A stretch of DNA of 64,000 bases, taken from NCBI GenBank assembly GCA_024346625.1, contig AP024664.1:3348001-3412000 (forward strand), read 5' to 3'. Numbering within the stretch: position 1 is the first letter of the stretch; every line of letters begins with the position of its first letter. The DNA comes from Williopsis jadinii (lineage: Eukaryota). Of this stretch, positions 35,111 to 45,812 are shown in pieces. Position numbers and translations under genes: made by a program. The notes beneath the pieces were generated by a model. It saw nothing but the letters and a program-made list of their open reading frames with translations, was not told the DNA's origin and searched no databases.

Positions 35111-36799
35111 ATGTTCAGATCTTCAGCTCTTAGAGGTGCCCGTCTCTCAGTCGGCCGCAGACTTGTATCGACGACTGTGCGTCAAAACTCGTCCAAGTGC
35201 TCTTCGCTATGGTTCAAGGCTCTTGCCGTGAACACGGTGCTTGCTGGTGCTGTGCTCGCGTATACTCAACCAGTCCTGGTCAATGACGACTCCAAGAGTA
35301 AGGAGCTGTTCCCTGACAGCTCCACCACCAAGCTCGATGAGCTCGAGCCTCCTGTGTACGGTACTTTGGAGGACCTGGAGAAGGCCCGTGATGAGATCGT
35401 TGCCATTGTCGGCAAGGAGAACATCGCCACTTCGCGTGCTGAACTGGAACACCACTCAGACACCTACTTCAACTCTCACCATGCCACTGAAGACCAAAGA
35501 CCAACTTTGATCATCTTCCCATCTTCCACCGAGGAGGTTTCCAAGATTATGAAGATCACGTACAAGTACCGTATCCCAGTGATCCCATTCTCTGGTGGTA
35601 CGTCCTTGGAAGGCCATTACATTCCAACCACTGGTACTCCAGCCATCACCATGGACATGTCCAAGAACATGGCAAAGGTCTTGCAACTCAACGAGGATGA
35701 TCTGGATTTGGTTGTCCAACCAGGTGTCAGCTGGGAAGATCTGCACGACTATCTCGGCGAGAAGGGCTTGTTATTCGGTCCTGATCCAGGTCCAGGTGCT
35801 CTTATTGGTGGTATGATCGGTACTTCTTGTTCCGGTACTAACGCTGCTCGTTACGGTACTATGAAGGAAAACGTGGAAGGCTTGACAGTTGTTTTGGCCG
35901 ATGGTACTGTTATTAAGACCAAGAAAAGACCAAGAAAGTCGTCTGCTGGATACAACTTGACTGGTTTGATTATCGGTTCTGAAGGTACACTTGGTATTGT
36001 CACGGAGGCCACCTTGAAGCTTCACGTTAAGCCAAGAGAGGAGACAGTTGCTGTCGTCAGCTTCGACTCAATTGACAGTGCCTCCAAGACTGTCCAGGAT
36101 TTGGTTCAACATGGTATTCAGGTTAATGCCGTTGAGTTGCTCGATGATAACATGATGAAAGTTGTCAATGCCTCTGGTGAAACCACCAGACATTGGGTTG
36201 AAAAGCCAACCTTGTTCTTCAAGATTGGTGCCAACAACAAGACTGTCTTGAACGAGTTGATCTCTGAAGTTCGTTCCATCTCACACCAGAACCACTCTTC
36301 TCATTTCGAATTTGCAAAGAACCAGGAGGAGATCTCCGAGCTGTGGTCTGCTAGAAAGATGGCTCTTTGGTCTACAATCAACATGGGCCGTCAGCAACAC
36401 CCGGATACTCAAGTCTGGACCACCGACGTCGCAGTGCCAATCTCCAAGCTGGCATCCGTTTTATCTGAAACCAAGGCTGACATGGAGAGCTCCGGCTTGA
36501 CCGCTACCCTTGTTGGCCATGCTGGTGACGGTAACTTCCATGCGTTCCTGCTCTACACACCTGACCAAAGAGCCATTGCTGAGAAGCTGGTTCAGAATAT
36601 GGTCAAGCGTGCTATTGACGTCGAGGGTACTTGTACTGGTGAACACGGTGTTGGCTATGGTAAGAGAGAGTTCTTGCTGGAGGAGCTCGGTGAAGAGCCA
36701 ATTGATATGATGAGAAGAATCAAGATGGCTCTCGACCCTAGAAGACTGTTGAACCCAGACAAGGTCTTCAAGATCAATCCAAACGATCATGAGCACTGA
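35111..36799 (+). CDS. DLD1: Mitochondrial D-lactate dehydrogenase (FAD-linked oxidase)
   Basis: SGGTSLEGH, GPDPGPGA, GSEGTLG, GHAGDGNFH and GTCTGEHGVG motifs; presequence from MFRSSA. Confidence 0.92.
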   Translation: MFRSSALRGARLSVGRRLVSTTVRQNSSKCSSLWFKALAVNTVLAGAVLAYTQPVLVNDDSKSKELFPDSSTTKLDELEPPVYGTLEDLEKARDEIVAIVGKENIATSRAELEHHSDTYFNSHHATEDQRPTLIIFPSSTEEVSKIMKITYKYRIPVIPFSGGTSLEGHYIPTTGTPAITMDMSKNMAKVLQLNEDDLDLVVQPGVSWEDLHDYLGEKGLLFGPDPGPGALIGGMIGTSCSGTNAARYGTMKENVEGLTVVLADGTVIKTKKRPRKSSAGYNLTGLIIGSEGTLGIVTEATLKLHVKPREETVAVVSFDSIDSASKTVQDLVQHGIQVNAVELLDDNMMKVVNASGETTRHWVEKPTLFFKIGANNKTVLNELISEVRSISHQNHSSHFEFAKNQEEISELWSARKMALWSTINMGRQQHPDTQVWTTDVAVPISKLASVLSETKADMESSGLTATLVGHAGDGNFHAFLLYTPDQRAIAEKLVQNMVKRAIDVEGTCTGEHGVGYGKREFLLEELGEEPIDMMRRIKMALDPRRLLNPDKVFKINPNDHEH

Positions 36800-36849
36800 G
36801 TCATGAGCACTGAGTCATGTGCACGGAGTCATGACCACTGAGCCATGTG
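36787..36849 (+). repeat. 14-bp tandem repeat (TCATGAGCACTGAG) x about 4.5 spanning the DLD1 stop codon
   Basis: Units at 36787, 36801, 36815 and 36829, degenerating distally. Confidence 0.9.
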
Positions 36850-36937
36850 TATAGCCGAACAACGTGACGTTACATAAAGTAGAAGAAGATAGCAAACAAA
36901 ACAAGGCAAATTCATTGCACTTAACACTATGTAACCA

Positions 36938-37216
36938 TTAAAAGTCGAGCACCATCATTCCTGCGATTTCATCAAGGTCCTTTGTATCCAGCACATCACT
37001 CACAGGCTGCTCCGTAACAACAGAGTCCTCGCCGTCGTGAGCTCTTGAGATCCGGGTCTCGTTTGCCCTAAGCACAGCTTCGCGTATAAACATCCGCAGA
37101 TACTCTGCACTCATCTCCAGTGTCTGCTGTGTAATCCTGGTGTCGTCATGCTCGAAGACTGCGACATGGAACAGCCTCGACAGCGTGTTTAGTGGGATTG
37201 TAGTCTCGTCTGTCAT
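36938..37216 (-). CDS. MHF2: CENP-X/Mhf2 histone-fold protein
   Basis: TRIT...SAEYLRMFIREAVLRA and C-terminal L...DLDEIAGMMVLDF. Confidence 0.88.
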   Translation of the reverse strand: MTDETTIPLNTLSRLFHVAVFEHDDTRITQQTLEMSAEYLRMFIREAVLRANETRISRAHDGEDSVVTEQPVSDVLDTKDLDEIAGMMVLDF

Positions 37217-37700
37217 ATTGTTAGGCAATGTGGTTTTGGCTGAGCTGTGTGCTGAGCTGTGTGCTGAGCGTGTTGATTTCGTGTAGGTTTTCCGTGATTT
37301 TCATAATTTTTAACCGCGTCAGCGAGGGCTCACGAAACTACATCGTAAAGCACATAGAACAGCTTTTACCTACGCAGAATTAAAACATAGCACTTGGAGG
37401 CTGAGTGATGAGTAGCACCAGGCTGGCGAAGGCGGAGTGCATTAAGAGGCTCAGTGGATAAGCAAGTTTTGAGCAGAAGATCGATACAGCCTGGTGCTCC
37501 TGAAGATCCAATCTGCTCAATATGTATGGAACTGCTCTTTGAAGTGTAGACCAGTGGTAATGTTGAGGCAGTTCTGGTGTTAATAACTAAATTATATCAT
37601 GCATCGAGTCACATTGGCTGAAGCATAGGCGTGGTGAAGTTGTCGGTTCCAAGGGAAGTGGTGTGTACGTGGTAAAGTCCACTCATTGAGGTGTTCTCTC

Positions 37701-39026
37701 TCATGCCGCAGCACAACATTGACCAAGTTCTAGCACACACCAAAATGCTACCGCAATGTCCTCGCCTTTGAAGGATACTAATATGGGCACCTTGACGGTG
37801 GTCTGGGGCTGGGAGTTCTCATGGATAACAACTTTCATGGGTACCACGATGTAGTTCTGACGGTGCTCGTAAACCATGTCATCATCAGAATAATCAATCA
37901 CGGGCCTATTCATCAGTGCAACCCTAGATGCTTTGGTACCCCTTGATAGCTCGATAGAAGGCGTGCAGTCGATCAGCACCTCCAGCTTCGTATGGGACTC
38001 AGGTTTGCGATGCAACGTAAAAGAGCTTTTTGGTAGCTGAACTTGATGGAAACCACCTGGCAGTTCTGTATAGGCACTCAGGTTGACATTGATATCACTA
38101 TCCAATGCGTTTTGAACAACAACAACAAATGAGGCAATGCTTCCTGGAGTCATCGAGGTATCAGTGTTGTTATTTGGATTTGGATAGACCCTTATTGATG
38201 GAAGAGTATCAATCGCATTGGATAACTTGTAGAACTTCACGGACGTCGGGTCATGATCGGGCTTCATCAGCGCAGATCGGCATGCTTTACAACGCTTAGC
38301 ATATTTACACCGTAGTTTGGTCTGCAAAGGTAACGCCTCTGATTTAAAACGAGATGAATCACCAAGGCCAATGTCGTAGGACAGTATGCTCTCGTTATTC
38401 GCTAACCGAGCAAAGGATTCCACAGTTTCCTCATCCAGTGCCCGTACAGTGGAGCGTCTCATAAACTCATAGATGCCGTACTCTTTCACCTTCATCTTCG
38501 AATACTCGGTAACTATACTCTTGGGAATGTCTTCATTCCCGAGTTCCAACTGTCTCTGTTGAAGATAGAACTTTTGCAGATCTGAAAACATCCTCATGGA
38601 CTCGCGTTTGTTCTGCTCTGTCTTCACCACCCGAGCCATGGGTCTCAGCTTCTCCAAGGGTTCACTTGTGTAAATGTAATCACATGTCGAACATGACATT
38701 GAGCATGTCATCGTATTCTTGTTTGGCAGTACGATAAGGTTATTACCACATATTGGACAGTCCAAGCAGTTTCTGGAGCAAAAGGAGTATTCAGGCTTCA
38801 TTTCGTGCAGACAGCGAGCACAGTACTTCGTCACCACCTCTAATTCAATGCACTTTCGACATCTCACAGCCTGGCACTGATTACAGAAGTTGAGGTCTGG
38901 CTGGATGTGAAGAGTATTGGGATCTGTGATGGTTTCGGGAAATGACGACAGCTCCAAGCTTACGGTATCGTCCAATTCCGAGGTCAGCCTTTCAGAACAG
39001 GGACAGAATACGCTGACTTTGGCCAT
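37701..39026 (-). CDS. Dynactin p62 subunit (DCTN4-like)
   Basis: FCNQCQAVRCRKC, YCARCL, CSRNCLDCPIC and LRCKYAKRCKACRSALMKP zinc-binding pattern. Confidence 0.82.
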   Translation of the reverse strand: MAKVSVFCPCSERLTSELDDTVSLELSSFPETITDPNTLHIQPDLNFCNQCQAVRCRKCIELEVVTKYCARCLHEMKPEYSFCSRNCLDCPICGNNLIVLPNKNTMTCSMSCSTCDYIYTSEPLEKLRPMARVVKTEQNKRESMRMFSDLQKFYLQQRQLELGNEDIPKSIVTEYSKMKVKEYGIYEFMRRSTVRALDEETVESFARLANNESILSYDIGLGDSSRFKSEALPLQTKLRCKYAKRCKACRSALMKPDHDPTSVKFYKLSNAIDTLPSIRVYPNPNNNTDTSMTPGSIASFVVVVQNALDSDINVNLSAYTELPGGFHQVQLPKSSFTLHRKPESHTKLEVLIDCTPSIELSRGTKASRVALMNRPVIDYSDDDMVYEHRQNYIVVPMKVVIHENSQPQTTVKVPILVSFKGEDIAVAFWCVLELGQCCAAA

Positions 39027-39235
39027 GGTGCCTTGTTACAAGCTCACAGTGGAGGCTGTAGAATAACAAGCAGTAGTAGTTGTTGTTATGGCTACTGTTG
39101 TTGTTGTAGGAAGATGGGATGTCCAGGTGTTTTCCATCGCATGGCATAGCTGAGTCCTAAAAAAAGACACACGCTAGCTAACCGTGGCACAATCGCCACC
39201 ATCCGCTAGACAACAGTTACGGGTATTGACGGCAA

Positions 39236-39836
39236 ATGGGTGTTCAATCTTCAAAACTGCTCGATGAGCTGACAGAGGGCACGAATTGTACGTACTTGAC
39301 CAGCCAAAAAGGTTTCAGCGTTGCTGCGGTTTGACTCTTTACTAATAGACGAATGCATCATAGTCGATTCCGAAGAGATCGATAGACTGCGCAAAAGGTT
39401 TATGAAACTGGACAAGGATAGCTCAGGGACGATATCCAAGGAGGAGTTTCTATCGATACCCGGCATAGGCTCGAACCCACTGGGCTCTAGGATGATTGAG
39501 ATCTTTGACAAGGACAATTCTGGCGACATCGATTTCAAAGAGTTCATCACGGGACTCAGCATCTTTTCAACAAGGGGCCAGAAGGAGGACAAACTCAAAT
39601 TCGCCTTTGAGATTTACGACATGGACAAGGACGGGTACATTTCGAATGGTGAGCTATTTTTGGTGTTGAAGAAGATGGTTGGTAACAACCTCGATGACGA
39701 TCAACTGCAACAGATCGTGGACAGGACGATCATGGAGAATGATCAAGACGGTGATTCCAAGCTAAGTTTTGTAGAGTTCAAGCACGCTGTCGAGGATACT
39801 GAAATCGCCCAGAGCATGACCTTGGAGAACTTTTAG
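39236..39836 (+). CDS. CNB1: Calcineurin regulatory subunit B; intron 39288-39363
   Basis: Exon 1 [17 protein letters not shown] joins [17 protein letters not shown]; four EF hands; GTACGT donor, TACTAAT branch, TAG acceptor. Confidence 0.96.
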
Positions 39837-42730
39837 AGGCTTTTGTTAGTGATGTTGTTTTCTCAAGGCCACCGCGAGCAGTTAATATGATGCACTTCTT
39901 AGAACCTGGACGGTAGTGCTCGCCAACAGTGAAGAGCCGAGGTACCTCTCCAGTTGCCGTGTGTCGGTCATCATACCGGCCACTATAGTATATTGGACTG
40001 ATTATCTTACGAAATGCGTGTACACACGGGAAATAGCTCCATGCTCGAGATTCCATAGCACGTATGAGTCCACATGTTGAAGGAAACATCCATCTCAGCA
40101 ATAATAACATCTCGTAAAATTGCGCCTTGATGTAGTCTGTGCGTTACTACAGAGAAGCATGAGACTATTCCTCCATAAATTCTCGTTGTAAACAGTCTGA
40201 ACACATATCAAGATTCAGCTCTCTCTAGCGTTAATATCTTCAACCGTAGACTGCTGTGTGCACAACATACACCTCAAGTTTCAAACCACGTTATTTATTA
40301 GCGTGCCCTTCAGCTGGTTCCTAACGTTCCAAGCTCACAGGCACTAACGCGGTGCGACGTCCAAAGTGTTAAAAGTACAATTCTGCCCCGCCTGCATGTG
40401 CGCTTAGAACGTCTTCTGGAGGGCCGTTGAATGTTGTTGCGACCTGTGGGATCTTGAACTGCGTAGTTGGACTTGGGAGCCAGAGCCGAGGCCTACGTGA
40501 AGCTATTGATATCTGCAAGAGTTTCCCCAGTAGCGGAGAAGAGAATCCTCTGTGTTTGAAGGACTTCTGGCCAGTGATAAGTTAGGTTAATACGGTTGGC
40601 ATTTCAAGGTGTTCCGTATGATTTTTTCTGGCTGCATTCGCAACTTTGCTAGACAAGAAGTTTGTTGGATCGCACCTTTCAATCTCAGTCAGTTGTAAGT
40701 GGGCTTGTTGAAATGGAGGCGAGTCTCAGGCTCTATGAGCCGCAGTAACATTGCAGGTTGATAATGGAATGAAATGCGTACTGAATGTTGGAGTTGACTA
40801 AGTTCTAAGTTCACCAAGCTTGTTTCATTGAAAGCAATACCTCTAGAAGCTCCATAAACTTGACTACTTCAGCACACGTCTTAACCTTTAATGTTTCTGA
40901 CACTATGCTACCTAGAACTATTTATCAACTCAAAGAAGGGGTGGGTCGGTTGCATATGACAAGAGTAAACTTTCCCCGGGTAGTGGAGGGAATTTGGCAC
41001 AAGTGAGAGGATGATACAGTCCTCATGCATCTTGCTAAGATCTAAGGATGTGTGTATGGGCTGACTGTTCACTGTCCAAGCTTGGAAATGTGGGACTTTG
41101 ATAAAACCCAATGCTGGATGACTTAAGCACTATACTCTCTCACCACGACTCGCTGCGAGAACTCCTGCCGTTGTTAATGTTCACACTTTCCTGTTTGATT
41201 CTTATGTGAACAGCTGCATTACAGTATACAGGTTCCGAAAAGTACAGCTTCGCCAACAAATGTCTCAAACCAAACAAAGTCGAACGAAATGAAGGTTATT
41301 TACTCAGTAAAGCCTCAGTTCAGTCAATCTGAGGTTGGTGTTGTTCAATTTAAGGGTCTTCTCAGAGCTGCCATTAATAAATACTCAGACCAAACAAAAG
41401 CATGTGAGATGTGCTCATATAACACTCGAATGCCCAGACCAAACGCGTCAAACTCTACAGGGATCATCATGCGCCTCTAAACTCATCATTTAGCCCATTA
41501 CACGATGATGTCCAAAGCTTGGGGCGATCGTGGAGGCTCTAGCTCAGTATGTACTGTCTGCCAGGTTAGGTGCAGCCCGTATATGTAAGTTGACTCCGCA
41601 GTACGTGGCAACCCTTCTACCCAGACGTCGTACTTTGAGGTCCTTGGCCATGGCCAACTGGCGCCTATTCCTCCCCAATCAAGCTCGACAAGTCGCTTCT
41701 GTAGACAGTGATGGATTGAACTTCGGAATAACCCAAGTTTCACCTTATGGCTATTATGACTGCGGACAACACTACCCAGCTCAAACATTTGGAGCTTAGT
41801 GTGCGCGCCTCTCTCTCTGTTAAAACTTTGATCGGAACCTCAGATAGATTCCCGACGTGTGTGCCAAATGAACGTCATGATACCTAGTCATCTAAATACG
41901 TGATGCCCCGCCAACTCGCCGGACAACAGCCATACCATCCAAACACTCCTCTTCTGATCTAATCTCAGCTGGTATCCCGGGATCTAGGCATGTGCCTCTC
42001 TTCATTCCTCCTTCTCTCTTCTTTTCTTTTACCTTTTCCTCCCTCGCCTTCGTTTTTTGCCATGCTTCTTCATGCACGTGATTTGCTCAGCTGCAAGTCT
42101 CTGGGCATAAACTTGCAGAAGGTGCGTCTGTGCTGAACCTTAATAATCGTAAAGTTGGAGTGAACGCTCAGCTTTAATCCCAATTCCCAGTGTAGTTGTG
42201 TAATTAGTAAAGAGTTGCCATGCTTTAGTGTGACAGAAGCCAATGCAAAGCCTTAACCAGATTCCAAAAAGTAAAGGTGTTATTCTCACCCTCGGAGGTA
42301 AGTGCTCTAAAGCAGCGCTGTTTGGATGCACAGGGAACTAATCGAAATAACCTGCCCCGGTTTCGAATATACCTTAACTTGTGAGTGTATCCATTTTTGT
42401 CTGCGATTTGCAAAGTATATTTCTACTTGTATCCGTCTTCATTTGGTGCTATTCTCTATTTTAATATTCCAAGTGCCATATCTCCCATCTTGCGGAAAAA
42501 ATACACACTCTCACACATCAGCTACAAAGTTTAGATCACCTCATCAAGCTTTCTCTTCGATTTTGAAGCTGGTTTTCTCTAGATTTCCGAGAATTTGCCT
42601 GGCCCAATAATACGTGGGGAGAAGAGCTCTTGCCTAGAGCCTATAAACTTCTTCCGAGGGCATTCTTGTTTGGATTTACAACTTCTTCAGCTCTGATCCT
42701 TACGTCATTTATGAAGAAACTTGGAAGACC

Positions 42731-43477
42731 ATGGAAGGAAACTCATTTAAGACACTACACACAAGGGAACAAGTGAGGGAGCAAGTTCACAACCAGCAGT
42801 CGTCATGGATCCATTCACAACTGGAGAGTTTCATGCCACCAGGGTTCCCACAGAGGTATCCAGATGGTAGGATCCCATTGAGGGTTCAAATATTTCAAGA
42901 CAAAGGGATCCTAAATTCTGTCTTAACGAAACCAAAGAAAGGAGTCTACATGTGCTCACATTGCGATACAAATTTTGCTACGTTGGCCCAAATGCTTGAT
43001 CATATAGACGAGTATAGCATAGCAAGATCTTATAAGTGTTCATTCGATGATTGCCCATGGAAAATTGTTGGGTTCAGCAAGAGTCGACAGTTGAAACGGC
43101 ATATATCTTCTGTACATTCTCCAACGAAGAGGTTTCCATGCGACATTGAGAACTGCAACAAATCATTTATGAGACTCGATCTATTCAACAGACACATCAG
43201 ATCAGTACACGAGAACAAGATGTCTAGGTTTAACAGGAGAAACTCATATAGAACGTCTAGTATAACCGGAGGTTTTCTGAATAGTGGAAGTCGGAAAGGT
43301 AGTGTATGTTCAACTATTTCCACGAACTCCAATACGTCAAGTCAGGGATCAAATAACAACTCACCAGGAGATTCACCGTCATTCACACAGAGCAACTCGT
43401 ACAAGCACAGCATAAGTTTTCTCACAAATAATACAGAGGAGGAGAAAATAAGTAATAATCTAGATCGTTGGAATTAG
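42731..43477 (+). CDS. RME1: C2H2 zinc-finger transcription factor, Rme1-like
   Basis: Three fingers CSHC...H, CSFDDCPWKIVGF...HISSVH and FPCDIENCNKSF...RHIRSVH; CPW.I.GF is typical of Rme1. Confidence 0.7.
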   Translation: MEGNSFKTLHTREQVREQVHNQQSSWIHSQLESFMPPGFPQRYPDGRIPLRVQIFQDKGILNSVLTKPKKGVYMCSHCDTNFATLAQMLDHIDEYSIARSYKCSFDDCPWKIVGFSKSRQLKRHISSVHSPTKRFPCDIENCNKSFMRLDLFNRHIRSVHENKMSRFNRRNSYRTSSITGGFLNSGSRKGSVCSTISTNSNTSSQGSNNNSPGDSPSFTQSNSYKHSISFLTNNTEEEKISNNLDRWN

Positions 43478-43636
43478 AAAGTATAGGGAGAGAAAAGAAA
43501 AGAGAAAGAATGAACTTGAGGAAGAAGCCCAAAGAAAGACTCATAAAACAAAAGGTGAGATTCAGCATATGTACAGTACTTGTTCTTTTTCTCATGTGTA
43601 ATCTAAAACGTCTTCATGAATCATGACACAGAATTT

Positions 43637-45106
43637 TCATTCTTTTTCATCCTTGATGGATGAAGCGTCGTAGACAGATAGTATATTTAGCACTCTATCA
43701 TCAACAACTGTATCCTGGATCCATTCGCTTCCTTTATCGATACCCTTCTGAACCCATTTGGAAGGCCAATCATTTTCCTCGTCCTTTGCCCAATCAACGT
43801 CCTCCGGTGTGAATTTTCTTCTCAGATTTTCAACAACTGCGCAAGTCAAACGACCATACTCGTCTGTTAATTCACGCTTGTGGTAGAATCTCCAGATACG
43901 TACTGGGGTTTGAAGGAATCCAATCAAATGGTAAACGGGGATGACAGCGATTGGCTGTTGGAAAACAGGGGATACCTTTGAGTCTGTTTGGATCTTGCCT
44001 TCGAATGACAACTCTGGTGCGAGTGCTGTTTTAGAGTATTCCAGTGGATCAATGAAAGGACGTGGAACCTTTGCAGGTTTTTCACCTTCTTCGCTGTTTT
44101 CATCGTTAGATTCATCGTTAGTCTTGTCATTAGTTTCACCATTGGCGTCTTTATGTTCTTTTTCATCAATATCTTCGCTTTGAAGCTGCTCACCAGCTAC
44201 AACTGCCACTTCAGCACCGTCCAAAGTATCACTGGATTCTGTTTCATTGGTGGAGTCCTTATCCTTTGTTCCTTCAACGGGAACATCGATATCGACACTA
44301 TCAATTGGCTTCTCCAACGGACCTAATAGTCCCTCATGTAGTCCGTGTAAGTACTCCTTGTATGCACCTCTACCGATGCAAATGACACCACCATTGGCAG
44401 TAGGATCACTGACAAATGCATCTTCGTTGTGCAATTTCCCCTCATCGAGTGCATTCTTGTAATAGACACCCAAAAGATTTGTTAATGTATACTTATCCTG
44501 TGAGATTTTGTCCTCCACAGCCTCGAGGTTCACAGCTTCGTCCTTGGAGCGTGACAAGAAGCGCTTGACTCTGTTGTACCACTTCTTCGCCTCTTTCTCC
44601 CTTTCGAGTCTCTCAGTGTTGTGGAGGACTTCACGACGGAGCGAACGTATCTCGGCAGCAACCGTCGACCGGATAACACCTTGTCTGTTCTCGCTTTGAA
44701 TTTGGAAGTCGACTCCACCAGCGTTAAGGATTGGCTTGACGTAGCGTCTAAAGACAGCCAGCGATTCATCCAAGTAATCACTTGGTGGAGGCGCAACGTA
44801 CACGGTGACTTTCCTAGCAGTCAAGTCTGGAGAAAGCGGCTCCTCGCCATACTTCGCCACCCTGTCCATCCACTTCTTTCTCAAGCGCTTCTGCTCATAC
44901 TTATCATAGGCGTAGCCGCCAACACCAGTAGCAACAACACACCAGAAGATCATCCAATTACGAGAAGGTAACCGGATCGAGTTGATCCCCATGGCTTTCA
45001 ACGCAGGGTTCGAGAAACCAGCAGGCTTCTTTGGCTTGACGTCCTTAACTTCCGGTGTGCCCACCGTGGCAGAATCTGCCTTAGCAGATTCCTTAGCGTT
45101 GTCCAT
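43637..45106 (-). CDS. TIM54: TIM22 translocase subunit Tim54
   Basis: NPALKAMGI, LPSRNWMIFW, FRRYVKPIL and GRGAYKEYLHGLHEGLLGPL motifs. Confidence 0.93.
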   Translation of the reverse strand: MDNAKESAKADSATVGTPEVKDVKPKKPAGFSNPALKAMGINSIRLPSRNWMIFWCVVATGVGGYAYDKYEQKRLRKKWMDRVAKYGEEPLSPDLTARKVTVYVAPPPSDYLDESLAVFRRYVKPILNAGGVDFQIQSENRQGVIRSTVAAEIRSLRREVLHNTERLEREKEAKKWYNRVKRFLSRSKDEAVNLEAVEDKISQDKYTLTNLLGVYYKNALDEGKLHNEDAFVSDPTANGGVICIGRGAYKEYLHGLHEGLLGPLEKPIDSVDIDVPVEGTKDKDSTNETESSDTLDGAEVAVVAGEQLQSEDIDEKEHKDANGETNDKTNDESNDENSEEGEKPAKVPRPFIDPLEYSKTALAPELSFEGKIQTDSKVSPVFQQPIAVIPVYHLIGFLQTPVRIWRFYHKRELTDEYGRLTCAVVENLRRKFTPEDVDWAKDEENDWPSKWVQKGIDKGSEWIQDTVVDDRVLNILSVYDASSIKDEKE

Positions 45107-45812
45107 TATCTCCTCCCGTGACCTGAGTATCAGCTATTCCGGGATCTCTTGATATTGTCGATGAGCTTTTTTGATGAGGATTTTAGCGCCAGCCAAGGTC
45201 CAAAGCAGAAAAAAAAGCACACAGTGACAAAGCACAGAAGGCCACAAAAAGAAAGATCCGGGCATTTCTTGCGGTCGGAATTTACCCTTTTTGGAACAAC
45301 ACATTGGTGTGTGGATGTCCACCACATCACGTGACCCACCCTGGCCGCGAAACGGAGAAAGGCAACACCAACGAACAGAAAAACTAACACCGGCAGGCGT
45401 CGCTTGGGAAAAGGGAGAGCGCCGAAGGTTTCGTAACAATTCCAGCGTACTGTTTTCACATTTACAAGGATTCCCTTCTGTTTTTTCTCTCTTGCTTTGA
45501 CTACGGGTCTTTAGAAGGTTCTCCCTCTTAATATTCGAACGCATAAGGGAGCAGATCGACTGTGCTGGTTGAATCTGGGTGTATTTCTTCCACCTCTTTC
45601 GGGTTTTTTTGATTTCCTTTGCTGTCTCCTTTCCCTTCGATCATTGGTTTCTCTCTGAGTCACAACAACCGCCGAGTGTTTGCCAGTAGCCTCTTTAACA
45701 CGTTTGGAGGAATAGACTGGTGTTGCGATTCACGAGGAAGATATCTGACGATAGACGTTTGGAAAGTATACGAGGAGGACGAAGCCGTCGAGGTGACTAT
45801 TTGCAACGTTAA

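Noticed and set aside
39364..39420. Possible alternative CUG decoding
   Set aside because: CTG codons fall at conserved Leu positions in CNB1, supporting the standard code
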